Assembly: GCA_028866995.1 (NCBI GenBank)
Contig: JAGWHD010000001.1
Coordinates: forward strand, 256,183 to 320,182
From: Candidatus Micrarchaeota archaeon
GTDB lineage: Archaea > Micrarchaeota > Micrarchaeia > Micrarchaeales > CABMGC01
DNA: 64,000 nt
Direction of reading: 5' to 3'
Shown here: positions 36,871 through 46,729 of the stretch, one piece after another
Position numbering within the stretch: position 1 is the first letter of the stretch
Layout: each line of letters opens with the position of its first letter
Position numbers and translations under genes: made by a program
Notes under the pieces: generated by a model
What the model was told of the DNA's origin: nothing
Database searches by the model: none
What the model saw: the letters and a program-made list of their open reading frames with translations, nothing else

Positions 36871-37623
36871 TCAGCGCCTGCCTATCGCTGCTATCTCGCT
36901 TACCTTGCCGAAGTCAAGGAGCTCCCCTTCGCCTATGCATATAGCTTCCATCGGCCCCACATCAAGCATCTTCTTGAATACAGGCGAGTTCTCCCCCAAA
37001 TGCCCAACAGCGACGTCTATGCCCTCTGCGAAGTAGTTCATTGCGGGCAGTATGATTATCTCCCTTTTATCCCTTGTCTTGCCGTATAGGAAGCACTTGA
37101 GCTTCTCCTTTATGCCAAGCTTGTTGTAGATCCCTATTGCAGGATGGAGATGCCCCATCACCAGGAACTTCGCGTCCTTGTCCTTTGGCAATTCCTCACC
37201 GTGGAAGAACAGGAACCCATCCATCAGCGCCTCCTGCCTGTATAGCTTGATGCTTGATGATTTCTCGTACCTGTCTATGAAGTTGTCATGGTTGCCCTTG
37301 ACCAGGTCTATGTATTTCAGCTTCAGTTCTTCCCTCAGGAACTTGGTGAACTCGTAGAACTCGTTGAACTCCTCGACGTGGACATCGGAGAACTCGTTCT
37401 TTATGTCCCCGTCTATGATTATCCTGTCGGCCTTTGTCATCTCTATGGCCTTCTTTATCGTCTTCTTTATGTTCCTGAGATTGACCTTCGGCAGGAACGT
37501 CCCTCTGTCTGCCATTACACCTTCGTATCCCAGATGAAGGTCCGAGCAGACTATCGCGTTGAGCTTCTTTATGTAAAGGACAGGCAAGCCTTCAAGGGCC
37601 TCGACTCCCTCTGCTATCTTCAT
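36871..37623 (-). CDS. Metallophosphoesterase (Lhr-associated MPE)
   Basis: SDLHLGYE, GDIK, GNHD, FHGE, GHLHP. Confidence 0.9.
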   Translation of the reverse strand: MKIAEGVEALEGLPVLYIKKLNAIVCSDLHLGYEGVMADRGTFLPKVNLRNIKKTIKKAIEMTKADRIIIDGDIKNEFSDVHVEEFNEFYEFTKFLREELKLKYIDLVKGNHDNFIDRYEKSSSIKLYRQEALMDGFLFFHGEELPKDKDAKFLVMGHLHPAIGIYNKLGIKEKLKCFLYGKTRDKREIIILPAMNYFAEGIDVAVGHLGENSPVFKKMLDVGPMEAICIGEGELLDFGKVSEIAAIGRR

Positions 37624-40277
37624 CAGAACATCTTCTTTATCTTAGACATTACCTGCTTGTGCAACTCTCTTATGTGCTTCCTCCTGTCCTTCATCATGAC
37701 TATGTCGGCTTCCCCGAAGGTTATCATGTTGTGCGAGAATGGCGAAGGCACCGTAGTCTCTATCAGCTGGTATGTTATCTCCTCCTTCGACATCCGTCTG
37801 AGTATGTCCTCGGCCTTAGGCAGGTCCATCACGTCGTCGAATATCTCCCTGTATGTCTCCTTTATTATCGGGAAGTCGGGATCTATCTCCTCGGCTGCCT
37901 TGAAGACCAGTTGAGCGTTAATCTGCTGCCTCCTGACGCTTATCTTCCTGCCCTTGTAGTTCCTGAGGACCATGAAGCCCCTCGCGGCGCAGTACCTGAA
38001 CCGCCTCTTCATCATCTCCGTCCTCTTTATGTTCTCCTTGAGCATCTCGCGTATGTTGACAGTGGACATCTCCTTGAGGAAGATGTCTATGTCGCGCTTC
38101 TTGATGTCTATACCAGACTCGGTTATTATCACGAAGCCGTTGTCGACTATGTTGATGCCTATCTCTGTCTCGTACCTGTCGCCAAGGTATATCGCTAATA
38201 TCCTTGAGAGCGCGTCGTTGACCCTTCTTCCGTAGAGGCTGTGGAATATTACGTAGTTCCTGTCCTGCTCCTTGTCCTTGGTCTTCTCTATGAGCATGTG
38301 GTGGTCATTGGGTATTGCCTTCGCGTACAGCAGCTGCTCCATGAAGTACCTGAATATGGAGTTCCTCGCATTGTCGTCTATCGGCATGTCCTTTAGTATC
38401 TTTATGTCGTCTATCTCCTTCTTCGGCTTCCCCGATATCAGGCTCATCAGCTTCCTGCTCTTCGTGTACTCGGCAAGCTCCTTCGCGAGCTGCTCCCTGA
38501 ACCTGCCTATCTCTATCGCAAGCTCGTACGTGAGCGGCAGCTGCTCCGAGTACCATGGAGGTATGGTAGGTATCTCGCCGGATGCGTCGCTGACTATGCA
38601 CCTCATCACCCTTGAGTACTCGAACTTGTACCTGTGGCCGCCGAGGACGAACACGTCTCCAGGCTTGAGCCTCATCATGAACTCCTCCTCTATGTTGCCT
38701 ATCCACTTGTTCTCCGTAGTGAAGACGTCGATGGCGACATCGTCAGGTATCGCGCCCAAGTTGAGGAAGTATATCAGCTTCGTCAGCTTGCCCCTCCTGC
38801 CGAACGTCCCCTCATTTTCGTCGTACCATATCTTGCCGTAGACCCTCCTGCTTTCAAGGCCCACGTACTTGCCTGAGAGGTAGTTTATCAGGGCCATGAA
38901 GTCCCCCCTTGGAAGGGTGTGGTAGGGGTAGGACCTCCTTATGACATTGTAGGCCTCGTCAAGCTTCCATTTCTTGTTCTGCGACATCCCGACTATGTGC
39001 TGCGATAGTATGTCCAGCGCGTTCTTTGGTGTCTGGAACCTGTCCAGATGCCTCTTCTTAGCGGCATCCAGCATTACTGAGCATTCGACGAGGTCATCCC
39101 TGTTGGTGACTATCGTCTCTCCCCTTGCTATGTCCATGAAGCCGTGACCCGACCTGCCGAACCTCTGGACCGCTCTTGCCACGCTCTTCGGGCTTCCCAG
39201 CTGGATCACGTTGTCTATGTACCCTATGTCTATGCCGAGCTCGAGGCTGGTCGATGACACCACGCACTTGAGCTCCCCCTTCTTGAGCATCTCCTCTACC
39301 CCCAGCCTCATGTCCCTTGACAGGGAGCCGTGGTGCGCCGCTATTGACTCCTCATTATACTTGTAGCTCTTCATGAGGTTGTATACCACCCTCTCGGTGC
39401 CGCTCCTTGTGTTGGTGAATATCAGCGTAGTCTTGTTCTTCTTGATTATCGAGTTGAGCATCTTGTATATGCTCCCTTCTATGACGCCGTCAGTGGCATT
39501 GACTATGTCGCTGACCGGGCTCATGGCCATGAACTCCATCTTCTTGTCCCATGTCGCGTCCACTATGTAGCAGTCCCGCTCCTCGCCGTTGTCCTTGTAC
39601 CCAACAAGAAACCTTGCGGCATCTTCCAAAGGGGAGAGAGTTGCGCCGAGGCCTATCCTGACGAAGTCGTGGCCTATCATCTCAGCAAGCCTCTCTATGG
39701 ACATCGATAGGTGCACTCCGCGCTTGTTGTTTGCGAGCTCGTGGAGCTCGTCTATTATGAGGTACCTGAGCCCCCTGAAGTGCTCAGAGAACCTCTGCGA
39801 GTTGATCAGTATCGCAAGGCTCTCCGGGGTCGTCACCAGTATGTGAGGAGGATGGGCAAGCATCTGCTGCCTCTCTTTGGTTGTGGTGTCGCCAGTCCTC
39901 GTAGCCACTCTCACCTTGGATATGTCAAGCGTCATCTGCGAGTAGATCTCCTGAAGGGGCACCGAGAGGTTCTTGTATATGTCGTTGTTCAGCGCCCTGA
40001 GCGGCGAGACGTATATGCAGTACACCTTCTCCTCTAGCCTTCCTTTCAGTGACAGGTCCATGAGCTCGCTCATTATGGTTATGAAGGCGGAGAAGGTCTT
40101 GCCTGAGCCAGTCGGGGCCGTTATCAGAAGGTTGCGCTGCTCGCTGATCAGCTTCAGCGAGTACTTCTGCGGCGGCGTAAGCTCCTTGTACTTCTTCTCG
40201 AACCATTCTCTTATGAATATGTTGAGGTGGCTCAGGCTCTCCTCCTTTGTGAACGGCTTGGTGTAGTTTGTTATCAT
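37623..40277 (-). CDS. lhr: Lhr-family ATP-dependent helicase
   Basis: APTGSGKT, TTPESL, DELHE, GLGAT, SLELGIDIG, QRFGRSGH. Confidence 0.95.
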   Translation of the reverse strand: MITNYTKPFTKEESLSHLNIFIREWFEKKYKELTPPQKYSLKLISEQRNLLITAPTGSGKTFSAFITIMSELMDLSLKGRLEEKVYCIYVSPLRALNNDIYKNLSVPLQEIYSQMTLDISKVRVATRTGDTTTKERQQMLAHPPHILVTTPESLAILINSQRFSEHFRGLRYLIIDELHELANNKRGVHLSMSIERLAEMIGHDFVRIGLGATLSPLEDAARFLVGYKDNGEERDCYIVDATWDKKMEFMAMSPVSDIVNATDGVIEGSIYKMLNSIIKKNKTTLIFTNTRSGTERVVYNLMKSYKYNEESIAAHHGSLSRDMRLGVEEMLKKGELKCVVSSTSLELGIDIGYIDNVIQLGSPKSVARAVQRFGRSGHGFMDIARGETIVTNRDDLVECSVMLDAAKKRHLDRFQTPKNALDILSQHIVGMSQNKKWKLDEAYNVIRRSYPYHTLPRGDFMALINYLSGKYVGLESRRVYGKIWYDENEGTFGRRGKLTKLIYFLNLGAIPDDVAIDVFTTENKWIGNIEEEFMMRLKPGDVFVLGGHRYKFEYSRVMRCIVSDASGEIPTIPPWYSEQLPLTYELAIEIGRFREQLAKELAEYTKSRKLMSLISGKPKKEIDDIKILKDMPIDDNARNSIFRYFMEQLLYAKAIPNDHHMLIEKTKDKEQDRNYVIFHSLYGRRVNDALSRILAIYLGDRYETEIGINIVDNGFVIITESGIDIKKRDIDIFLKEMSTVNIREMLKENIKRTEMMKRRFRYCAARGFMVLRNYKGRKISVRRQQINAQLVFKAAEEIDPDFPIIKETYREIFDDVMDLPKAEDILRRMSKEEITYQLIETTVPSPFSHNMITFGEADIVMMKDRRKHIRELHKQVMSKIKKMF

Positions 40278-40337
40278 GTTACCTGACCACTGGACAAAAC
40301 ATTTAAATTATGCGGGGCAATCTATTGTGTGAGATTT

Positions 40338-40589
40338 ATGGCTTCTAAGAAAAGCGGGAAGAGCAAGAGCTCGAAGAAGCTACAAGCATTCAATAGGTCG
40401 CAGGAAATATATAAGCTTTTGGAGAAGGGTATCATCGTAAACGAGGCCCTTTCGAGCAGCACTGGCGACAGGCCCGAAGAGGACGCGCATGTGTCGGAAC
40501 TTCTGGGCATGGCGGCAGAAGATGAGGGTACGGGCACAAGGCGCTCCGGCAAGAAGAAAGCGAAGAAACCGGGCAAGCGTGGCCGATGA
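40338..40589 (+). CDS. Small basic hypothetical protein
   Basis: Lys-rich termini; fills the gap between flanking genes. Confidence 0.55.
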   Translation: MASKKSGKSKSSKKLQAFNRSQEIYKLLEKGIIVNEALSSSTGDRPEEDAHVSELLGMAAEDEGTGTRRSGKKKAKKPGKRGR

Positions 40590-40598
40590 CTGCTGCCT

Positions 40599-41792
40599 TC
40601 AGTCCTCCTTCTCCTCCTTCTTAGACCCTTTGCCGACGTTCAGCCTTATCCCGTTCTGCCCCCTTGTTATCGTTATGTCAAGGTCGTCTCCGCCCAGCAT
40701 GTGCCTGAGCTCCTCGTACGTGTACGAGCCTATATCGTCCTTGTTCTTGAGTATCTCTGTCCTTCTCTCTATCAGCGGCCCCTTCTCTATGGCGTTGTAC
40801 TGCAGATCGAGCTTCGGCTCCCCGGCGCCGTATATGTCCTCTATGCCAAGCTCTATCGGCTTGTAGCCCTCGCTCTGGTATATGAAAGGCGCGACTGCAT
40901 TGAACTCGGTCTTTATGTCAGCCGACATCTTGTCTATCCACTGCCTGTTCCCCGCTATGACGAAGTCGTCGCCGTTCAGGAAGCCGACGAACGTGTCCTT
41001 CGACTCCCTGACCTTGTCCTGGAGAAGCTGCGAGACGAGCCTGAGTATCGTCATTCCTGAATCGTTGCCGAACTTGCTGGCGAACTCCGCCAGCCCTTCC
41101 ACGCGCAGCCTTCCCAGCTCGTAGGCGTTGTTCGTCTGCTGCACCGCCTTCTCCACAGCGTCGGATATCTTGTCCTCGTTCGGCAGGTCTATCAGCGGGT
41201 CGAACTTCTTGCCCTTCTTCTTCAGGAATATGGTAACCAGGCTGCGCAGCTCCGTGGGGTCGAACGGCTTCTTGATGTAGTAGTCGGCGCCGTTCTTGAT
41301 GCCCTTGAACCTGCTTGTCGTGGCGTCCATCGCGCTCACTATTATGACTATTATGTCCTTCAGGTTCTGGGTCTTCTTTATCGTCTGGCATATCTCCAGG
41401 CCGTCCATTCCCGGGAGCATCAGGTCGAGTATGACAAGGTCGGGCTTCTCGAACTTTATCTTCTGCAATGCCTCCTTGCCGTCGTACACCTGGGTTATGT
41501 CGAAGCCCTTCCCGACAGACAGCGTCATGAGCTTGCTTATGTTCCGGTCATCTTCGACTACCATTATCCTCCTGAGGAGCTGCTCGTTCTGGAGCATGTA
41601 ATATGTCAGTATCCCGCCGCTGCTCCTGGACGCTATGGCGCTTGCCTCCTCCAGCTCCTTGAGGCCCTTCTTGAGCGTCTCCTCGCTAACATCGCTTGAT
41701 GAAGCTAGGGACCTGAGCTCGTTGTACGTGACCTGCTGCTTGTCGTTGATTACCGCTATGATGTCGGATTTTATGTTCTCAGTGCCCTCCAT
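40599..41792 (-). CDS. Response regulator: N-terminal wHTH-like, REC and degenerate GGDEF-like domains
   Basis: REC VVEDD, LDLMLPGMDG, KPF; then DPLIDLPN ... FVGFLNGDDFVI. Confidence 0.82.
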   Translation of the reverse strand: MEGTENIKSDIIAVINDKQQVTYNELRSLASSSDVSEETLKKGLKELEEASAIASRSSGGILTYYMLQNEQLLRRIMVVEDDRNISKLMTLSVGKGFDITQVYDGKEALQKIKFEKPDLVILDLMLPGMDGLEICQTIKKTQNLKDIIVIIVSAMDATTSRFKGIKNGADYYIKKPFDPTELRSLVTIFLKKKGKKFDPLIDLPNEDKISDAVEKAVQQTNNAYELGRLRVEGLAEFASKFGNDSGMTILRLVSQLLQDKVRESKDTFVGFLNGDDFVIAGNRQWIDKMSADIKTEFNAVAPFIYQSEGYKPIELGIEDIYGAGEPKLDLQYNAIEKGPLIERRTEILKNKDDIGSYTYEELRHMLGGDDLDITITRGQNGIRLNVGKGSKKEEKED

Positions 41793-41876
41793 TCGATCGC
41801 CAGTATACAATGGGTCTGGAAAATATAATATTCCTTTGCTAGCGGCCATGGCATTAGCATTGCTTAATAAAAGTTA

Positions 41877-42896
41877 TTGGATATAGATAGCGTTAGTGAA
41901 GAGATGCTCAAGGCGGCACAGCAACCTATGCACCACCAGCACAAACCCAGGATCGGATGGCCGGTCATAGTGGTTGCGTTAGTGGTTGTGATAGCTCTTG
42001 CCTACTTCTTCATAGCAGGCAGCGGCATACAGACGGTAAGGACAAGCTCCAACTTCAGCCTGTTCAGCTCGAACAGCGTCAACTTCATGCTTCCTGGCAA
42101 CGATTCCGTATACTCAATATACCTTGCGGCGGCCAGCCCTGGATCTGCGACATTCTACGTGGGCAAGGAGCCCATACTGATAAACAAGATAAGCGTCTTC
42201 ACGCTCATACCAGGAAGCGCGGTCAACGTCAGCACCGAGGGGCTGGGAACGGCCAACATAGAGGTAAAGCTGCATTCCTCCTCAAACAACTCGGCAACGG
42301 TTGAGATAGTCCACATACCGAAGGACTTCAATGCCAGGGTAAGCGGCAGCGTGACGTACCTAGCCAACTCATCGCAGGGCAGCAGCGCCACGACAGTGAC
42401 AACAACGATAGCGGCCACTACGACTATAGGGCAGGGCACCACGACAGCGCCTACGACCACCGTGTCCACATCGGGAACCAGCTCTCAGGCGCTCGTAGAC
42501 GCGAACCTGACGACATACGGCACCCTCATGAACAACTACAAGGTGCTTTACAACAACGGCAAGCAGTGCACGCAGAACACATACAACATAGACATGGCAA
42601 ACGCGGGCAAGAGCTACAGCCCGCCCAACGACTACTACAACGCGAGCCAGTTCACGCCTACCGACGTGAAGAGCTCGGCTGCGAAGGTAAGCGGCTCGGT
42701 CTACAACGTGACATACATACTAAATACGCCCATAGGGAATTCCAACGTGCTCACCCTCAAGGTGGATTCTGCCTCTAACACGCTCATATCTGAGAAGTTC
42801 GGCGGCTTCTTCAGCTCGGAAACATACAGCACGCTGAACCAGAAGTACCAGGCGGCAGTGGCGATCGGCGACAACTGCGCTTCATATATACCGTAA
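41877..42896 (+). CDS. Membrane-anchored surface protein with Thr-rich linker
   Basis: Single N-terminal TM, Ser/Thr/Asn-rich, TTVTTTIAATTT linker. Confidence 0.7.
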   Translation: MDIDSVSEEMLKAAQQPMHHQHKPRIGWPVIVVALVVVIALAYFFIAGSGIQTVRTSSNFSLFSSNSVNFMLPGNDSVYSIYLAAASPGSATFYVGKEPILINKISVFTLIPGSAVNVSTEGLGTANIEVKLHSSSNNSATVEIVHIPKDFNARVSGSVTYLANSSQGSSATTVTTTIAATTTIGQGTTTAPTTTVSTSGTSSQALVDANLTTYGTLMNNYKVLYNNGKQCTQNTYNIDMANAGKSYSPPNDYYNASQFTPTDVKSSAAKVSGSVYNVTYILNTPIGNSNVLTLKVDSASNTLISEKFGGFFSSETYSTLNQKYQAAVAIGDNCASYIP

Positions 42897-42908
42897 CTAC
42901 GCCATGCG

Positions 42909-45149
42909 TCACTGCCTTTTCCTTGCCTCTTCCTTGGCCCTCCTTGACACAGGCAGCGTGAAGTAGAAGGTGCTTCCCTTCCCAACTTCCGACTTTAGGC
43001 CCACAGAGCCATAATGCAGCTTTACTATGCCCTTGACTATCGACAGTCCCAGCCCAGTTCCGGACTTCTCCTGCATAGTCATCCCCTTCCTCTGGAGCTG
43101 GTAGAACTTCTTGAACACCTTCTGCTTGTCCTCCTTGCTTATGCCTATGCCCGAGTCCTGCACCTCAACCCTCACGTTCTTGCCCTTCCTGCTGACATGG
43201 ACTCTTATGTATCCCTTCTCGGTGAACTTAAGCGCGTTGCCTATCAGGTTGACGAACACCTGTATGAGCCTGTTGGGGTCCGCGGTTATCTCGGGAACGT
43301 TGTAGTCGTTGACCCAGGAGAACTCTATTCCTGATTTCTCGCACATCTCGGCGAGAGCCTTTATGCTCGGGTTCTCGCTCAGCTCGTTGAAGTTCACCTG
43401 CTGCAGGTCGAGCTTCACCTTGCCCGACGAGAGCTTCGCCACGTCGAGCATCTGCTGTATCAGCCTCATCAGCCTGTCCAGCTCGTCTATGATGAGCTTC
43501 GTGTACGATTTCTGGTCGTCGTTGAGCTGGCCGAACTCGCCGTTGAGCAGCAGTATAGAGAATCCCTTGATGTTTGTTATGGGGGTCTTGAGGTCGTGCG
43601 ATATGTTGTATATGAACTGCGTCTTGAGGTCGCTCTCCTCCTTGTACTTCTCGGCCTCCTTGCTTATGCTCTCGACGTTCTCCTTCAGCTCCTCTATGAG
43701 CATCTTCGGGGACAGGTCCTTGCTTATGAAGATGAAGCCCGACGTCCTTCCAGAATCGTCGGCGAGAGCCTTTATGCTCTGGCTGACAGGTACCTTCATG
43801 TCCGAGCCTATCTGCCTCACGTTGACGAATATGTCGGTGAGGGAGCTGCTCTTCTTCGCGAGCATGATCGAGTTCGCCATCTTCTCCTGGTCCTCGATGT
43901 CGGCCCCAAGCGAGGCGATGTTTGTGCCCTTCAGCTCGTTGTTCGCGTTCCTGAGGAGCTTGTCGGCGTTCCTGTTCGTGCTGGTTATGTATCCTGAGTC
44001 ATCGGTCACGATTATCGCGTCGCTCGAGAGCCCTATTATGTCGCTGACGCTCCTGTTAGCCTGCTCCACGTATTTCCTGTAGTCCTTGGAGAGAACGCAG
44101 GAGTAGCCGCTCGCGTTCCTGTATATCTGCAGCGTTGCATCCGCATAGTTCCCGTTCCCGATGTCCATCCTTATGTCGGCAGAGTAGATGCTGTTCCCGA
44201 TGCCGCTTATCTTCGCCGCTATGTCCGCCCCATCAGCGACTATCTCGCTCATCTTCCTGCCTACTATCGCCATGCTGTTGATGCCGAAGACCTTGTCCAC
44301 GTTCTGGCTGGCCCAGGACACCCTTGTCGACTTGTCGAGCATCAGGAATGCGTCGCTGCTGCTGTTGAGCATTGCGCTTATGTCGTTGACCATGTCGGCC
44401 TTGGTGCTGTCCTCCAGCATCAGGTGCATCAGCTTCTCGTTGACTATGCTCGATGACACGGTGAAGCTCTTCGCCAGGTCGTTGGTGCGCCTTGCCTCGA
44501 CCTGCATGCCGCTGTTCAGCTTGGCCATGTCGCTCTCGCCCACTGCGAAGAAATCGGATATGGAGCTTCCGCCAAGCTCGTTCGCAGTCTTGTCTATCAG
44601 GTTCAGCGCTGCCTTGTTTGCCTTGACCAGCCTGCCCTTCCTGTCAGCCAGGAACTGGGGGAACCTGTTGCTGAATGCGGCGTCGAAGTACTTCGCCACG
44701 TTCAGGCTCTTCTCGCGCTCGAACTTCACAGATGCCTGGGCGCTTGCCAGCCTCGCTATTATGCCCAGCATGCCCGACAGCTGGTCGTCGAAAAGGTTCT
44801 CGCTCCTGGAAAGCAGGGTCACGAGGCCGAAGGGCCTGCTGTCGCTGGTTATCGGTATGACCATGCAGCTCTTGAACCCCTGGTTGTAGTACCCGATGAG
44901 GTCAGGGAAGGCGGAGAAGCTGCTGAGCCTGTTGTCTATGTAAGGCTTGCCTGTGTTGACAGCGAACTCCTCGAACTGGCTCATCCTGGAGCCCTCTGAT
45001 GCCATGTCCTTCACCGAGACGCTGTCTGCCTTCGACAGCTCCTTGAGCTTGAGCGCGGCATTCCCGATCAGGTCGCTGATGCTAGGCGACCTCCTCTCCA
45101 TCTCCATGAGCTCGAGGAGGGATTTGCCGCTTATTGACTGGTCCGCCAT
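42909..45149 (-). CDS. Cytoplasmic GAF/PAS sensor histidine kinase
   Basis: H-box NISHDLKTP, N-box NLIGNALKF, G1 DSGIGI, G2 GTGLGL; GAF-like and several PAS-like segments; no TM. Confidence 0.93.
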   Translation of the reverse strand: MADQSISGKSLLELMEMERRSPSISDLIGNAALKLKELSKADSVSVKDMASEGSRMSQFEEFAVNTGKPYIDNRLSSFSAFPDLIGYYNQGFKSCMVIPITSDSRPFGLVTLLSRSENLFDDQLSGMLGIIARLASAQASVKFEREKSLNVAKYFDAAFSNRFPQFLADRKGRLVKANKAALNLIDKTANELGGSSISDFFAVGESDMAKLNSGMQVEARRTNDLAKSFTVSSSIVNEKLMHLMLEDSTKADMVNDISAMLNSSSDAFLMLDKSTRVSWASQNVDKVFGINSMAIVGRKMSEIVADGADIAAKISGIGNSIYSADIRMDIGNGNYADATLQIYRNASGYSCVLSKDYRKYVEQANRSVSDIIGLSSDAIIVTDDSGYITSTNRNADKLLRNANNELKGTNIASLGADIEDQEKMANSIMLAKKSSSLTDIFVNVRQIGSDMKVPVSQSIKALADDSGRTSGFIFISKDLSPKMLIEELKENVESISKEAEKYKEESDLKTQFIYNISHDLKTPITNIKGFSILLLNGEFGQLNDDQKSYTKLIIDELDRLMRLIQQMLDVAKLSSGKVKLDLQQVNFNELSENPSIKALAEMCEKSGIEFSWVNDYNVPEITADPNRLIQVFVNLIGNALKFTEKGYIRVHVSRKGKNVRVEVQDSGIGISKEDKQKVFKKFYQLQRKGMTMQEKSGTGLGLSIVKGIVKLHYGSVGLKSEVGKGSTFYFTLPVSRRAKEEARKRQ

Positions 45150-45210
45150 GTCCACCGTAAGAGCTTTATTTTTGAAGAATATAAAGATATGCGCTTTTTC
45201 AGATGTTATA

Positions 45211-45870
45211 ATGACTGCAAAGAGACTTTTTGACGGCGTTTTCAGCATAGACGGGAAGCTTGCGACTGTGAACCTTGCCAAAGGCAAGAAGGTATACGGG
45301 GAGGAGCTGGTCGAGGTTGGCGGCAGGGAGTACAGGATGTGGAACCCCTACAGGAGCAAGCTTGCTGCTGCGATAATGATGGGGCTTAAGAGCATGGCGA
45401 TGAAGGAGGGGGATTCGGTGCTCTACCTTGGCGCTTCGACGGGCACCACAAGCAGCCACGTGAGCGACATAGTCGGAGAGAAGGGGATCGTGTACTGCGT
45501 CGAGATATCTGAGAGGAGCATGCGCGACCTGCTGAAGGTGTGCGAGTCTAGGAGGAACATGCTGCCCATATTCGGCGATGCCAGGAACGTCGATGAGTAC
45601 GCAGATGACGTGAAGAAGGTGGACGCGATATACGAGGATGTTGCGGCTCCGGACCAGGCCGACATACTGATAAGGAACGGCGCGCTCCTTAAGAAGAACG
45701 GGTTCGCGTACATAGCGATAAAGTCGCAGAGCATAGACGTCTCGAAGAGGCCCAGGGAGGTATTCGACGAGTTCCTGGAAAGGACGTCTGGGAGCTTCTC
45801 GGTGGTGCAGTCGGTTGACATAGACAGGTACGACAAGAAGCACCTCTTCGTAGTGCTTAAGAAATCTTAG
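45211..45870 (+). CDS. flpA: Fibrillarin-like rRNA/tRNA 2'-O-methyltransferase
   Basis: VYGE, WNPYRSKLAA, VLYLGASTGTTSSHVSD, DVAAPDQ. Confidence 0.96.
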   Translation: MTAKRLFDGVFSIDGKLATVNLAKGKKVYGEELVEVGGREYRMWNPYRSKLAAAIMMGLKSMAMKEGDSVLYLGASTGTTSSHVSDIVGEKGIVYCVEISERSMRDLLKVCESRRNMLPIFGDARNVDEYADDVKKVDAIYEDVAAPDQADILIRNGALLKKNGFAYIAIKSQSIDVSKRPREVFDEFLERTSGSFSVVQSVDIDRYDKKHLFVVLKKS

Positions 45871-45878
45871 GGCAAGGT

Positions 45879-46721
45879 ATGTTTGGTATGGACCTGTTGA
45901 AGAGCTTCTCGAACGCAAGATACAAGGAATCCGGGTTCGGATGCAGGTGCTGCGGCTACATGCCTTACATAATAGCTGGCGAGATAGACACTATGTGCGG
46001 CTTCTGCGAGGCGTATGTAAGCATGGCCAAGCTGGATGTCAAGGCGTTGCACCCGGAGATGGACACGCTGCTCGACAGCCTGCACGGGCTCATGAAGAAC
46101 GGCGACTGGGAGGGGGCCGTGGCCCTGGCTGAGCAGATCAAGGCTGGGGACGACCCATATCTTCTGTACGGCCTGGGGGTGATGTACAGGGCACTCTCTG
46201 ATGCGGTATACTCGCATGTCGACTACAGCGCCAAGGGGTTCATGGAGGGCAACGCTGCGAAGAGGAACAACGAGCCCAGCCTCAACAAGAACAATTCCAT
46301 GCAACTGCTGTCAAGGTCGAAGGAGATGCTGTACAGGTCGCTGAAGATAATGGGCACTAAGGCTGATGATCCAGAACTGCTTTACCTGTCGTTCCTGGCC
46401 AACATGAAGCTGGGCATGCATGTCGGGGCCAAGGCGGCGCTCGACAGACTGAATGGAACTGGCAATGAAAGGATGAGGCTTTACGCCAACACCAAGTACT
46501 CGGTAGAGTGCAAGACTAGGGATTCCAAGGGATATCTGGCAGCGCTTGCGAAAGGCCTGTCACCGAATTCCGCATACTACGTTGCGCTTGACCTGGCGCG
46601 CATGAAGAGATTCCGCGAGTCTAAGGGAATGCTTGGGATACTGCTCAGGAGCGCGGCGATGCCTGAGGGCAGGGAGCTGCTCAGGAGGATCTATGGGGCC
46701 GAGACGGCCTCAGGGCTCTAG
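45879..46721 (+). CDS. Hypothetical protein with N-terminal Zn-ribbon and helical repeats
   Basis: CRCC...CGFC followed by a TPR-like helical region. Confidence 0.6.
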   Translation: MFGMDLLKSFSNARYKESGFGCRCCGYMPYIIAGEIDTMCGFCEAYVSMAKLDVKALHPEMDTLLDSLHGLMKNGDWEGAVALAEQIKAGDDPYLLYGLGVMYRALSDAVYSHVDYSAKGFMEGNAAKRNNEPSLNKNNSMQLLSRSKEMLYRSLKIMGTKADDPELLYLSFLANMKLGMHVGAKAALDRLNGTGNERMRLYANTKYSVECKTRDSKGYLAALAKGLSPNSAYYVALDLARMKRFRESKGMLGILLRSAAMPEGRELLRRIYGAETASGL

Positions 46722-46729
46722 GTGTCGCC

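Noticed and set aside
36871-40277. Lhr helicase plus metallophosphoesterase as a novel defence system
   Set aside because: This is a well-known conserved DNA-repair gene pair.
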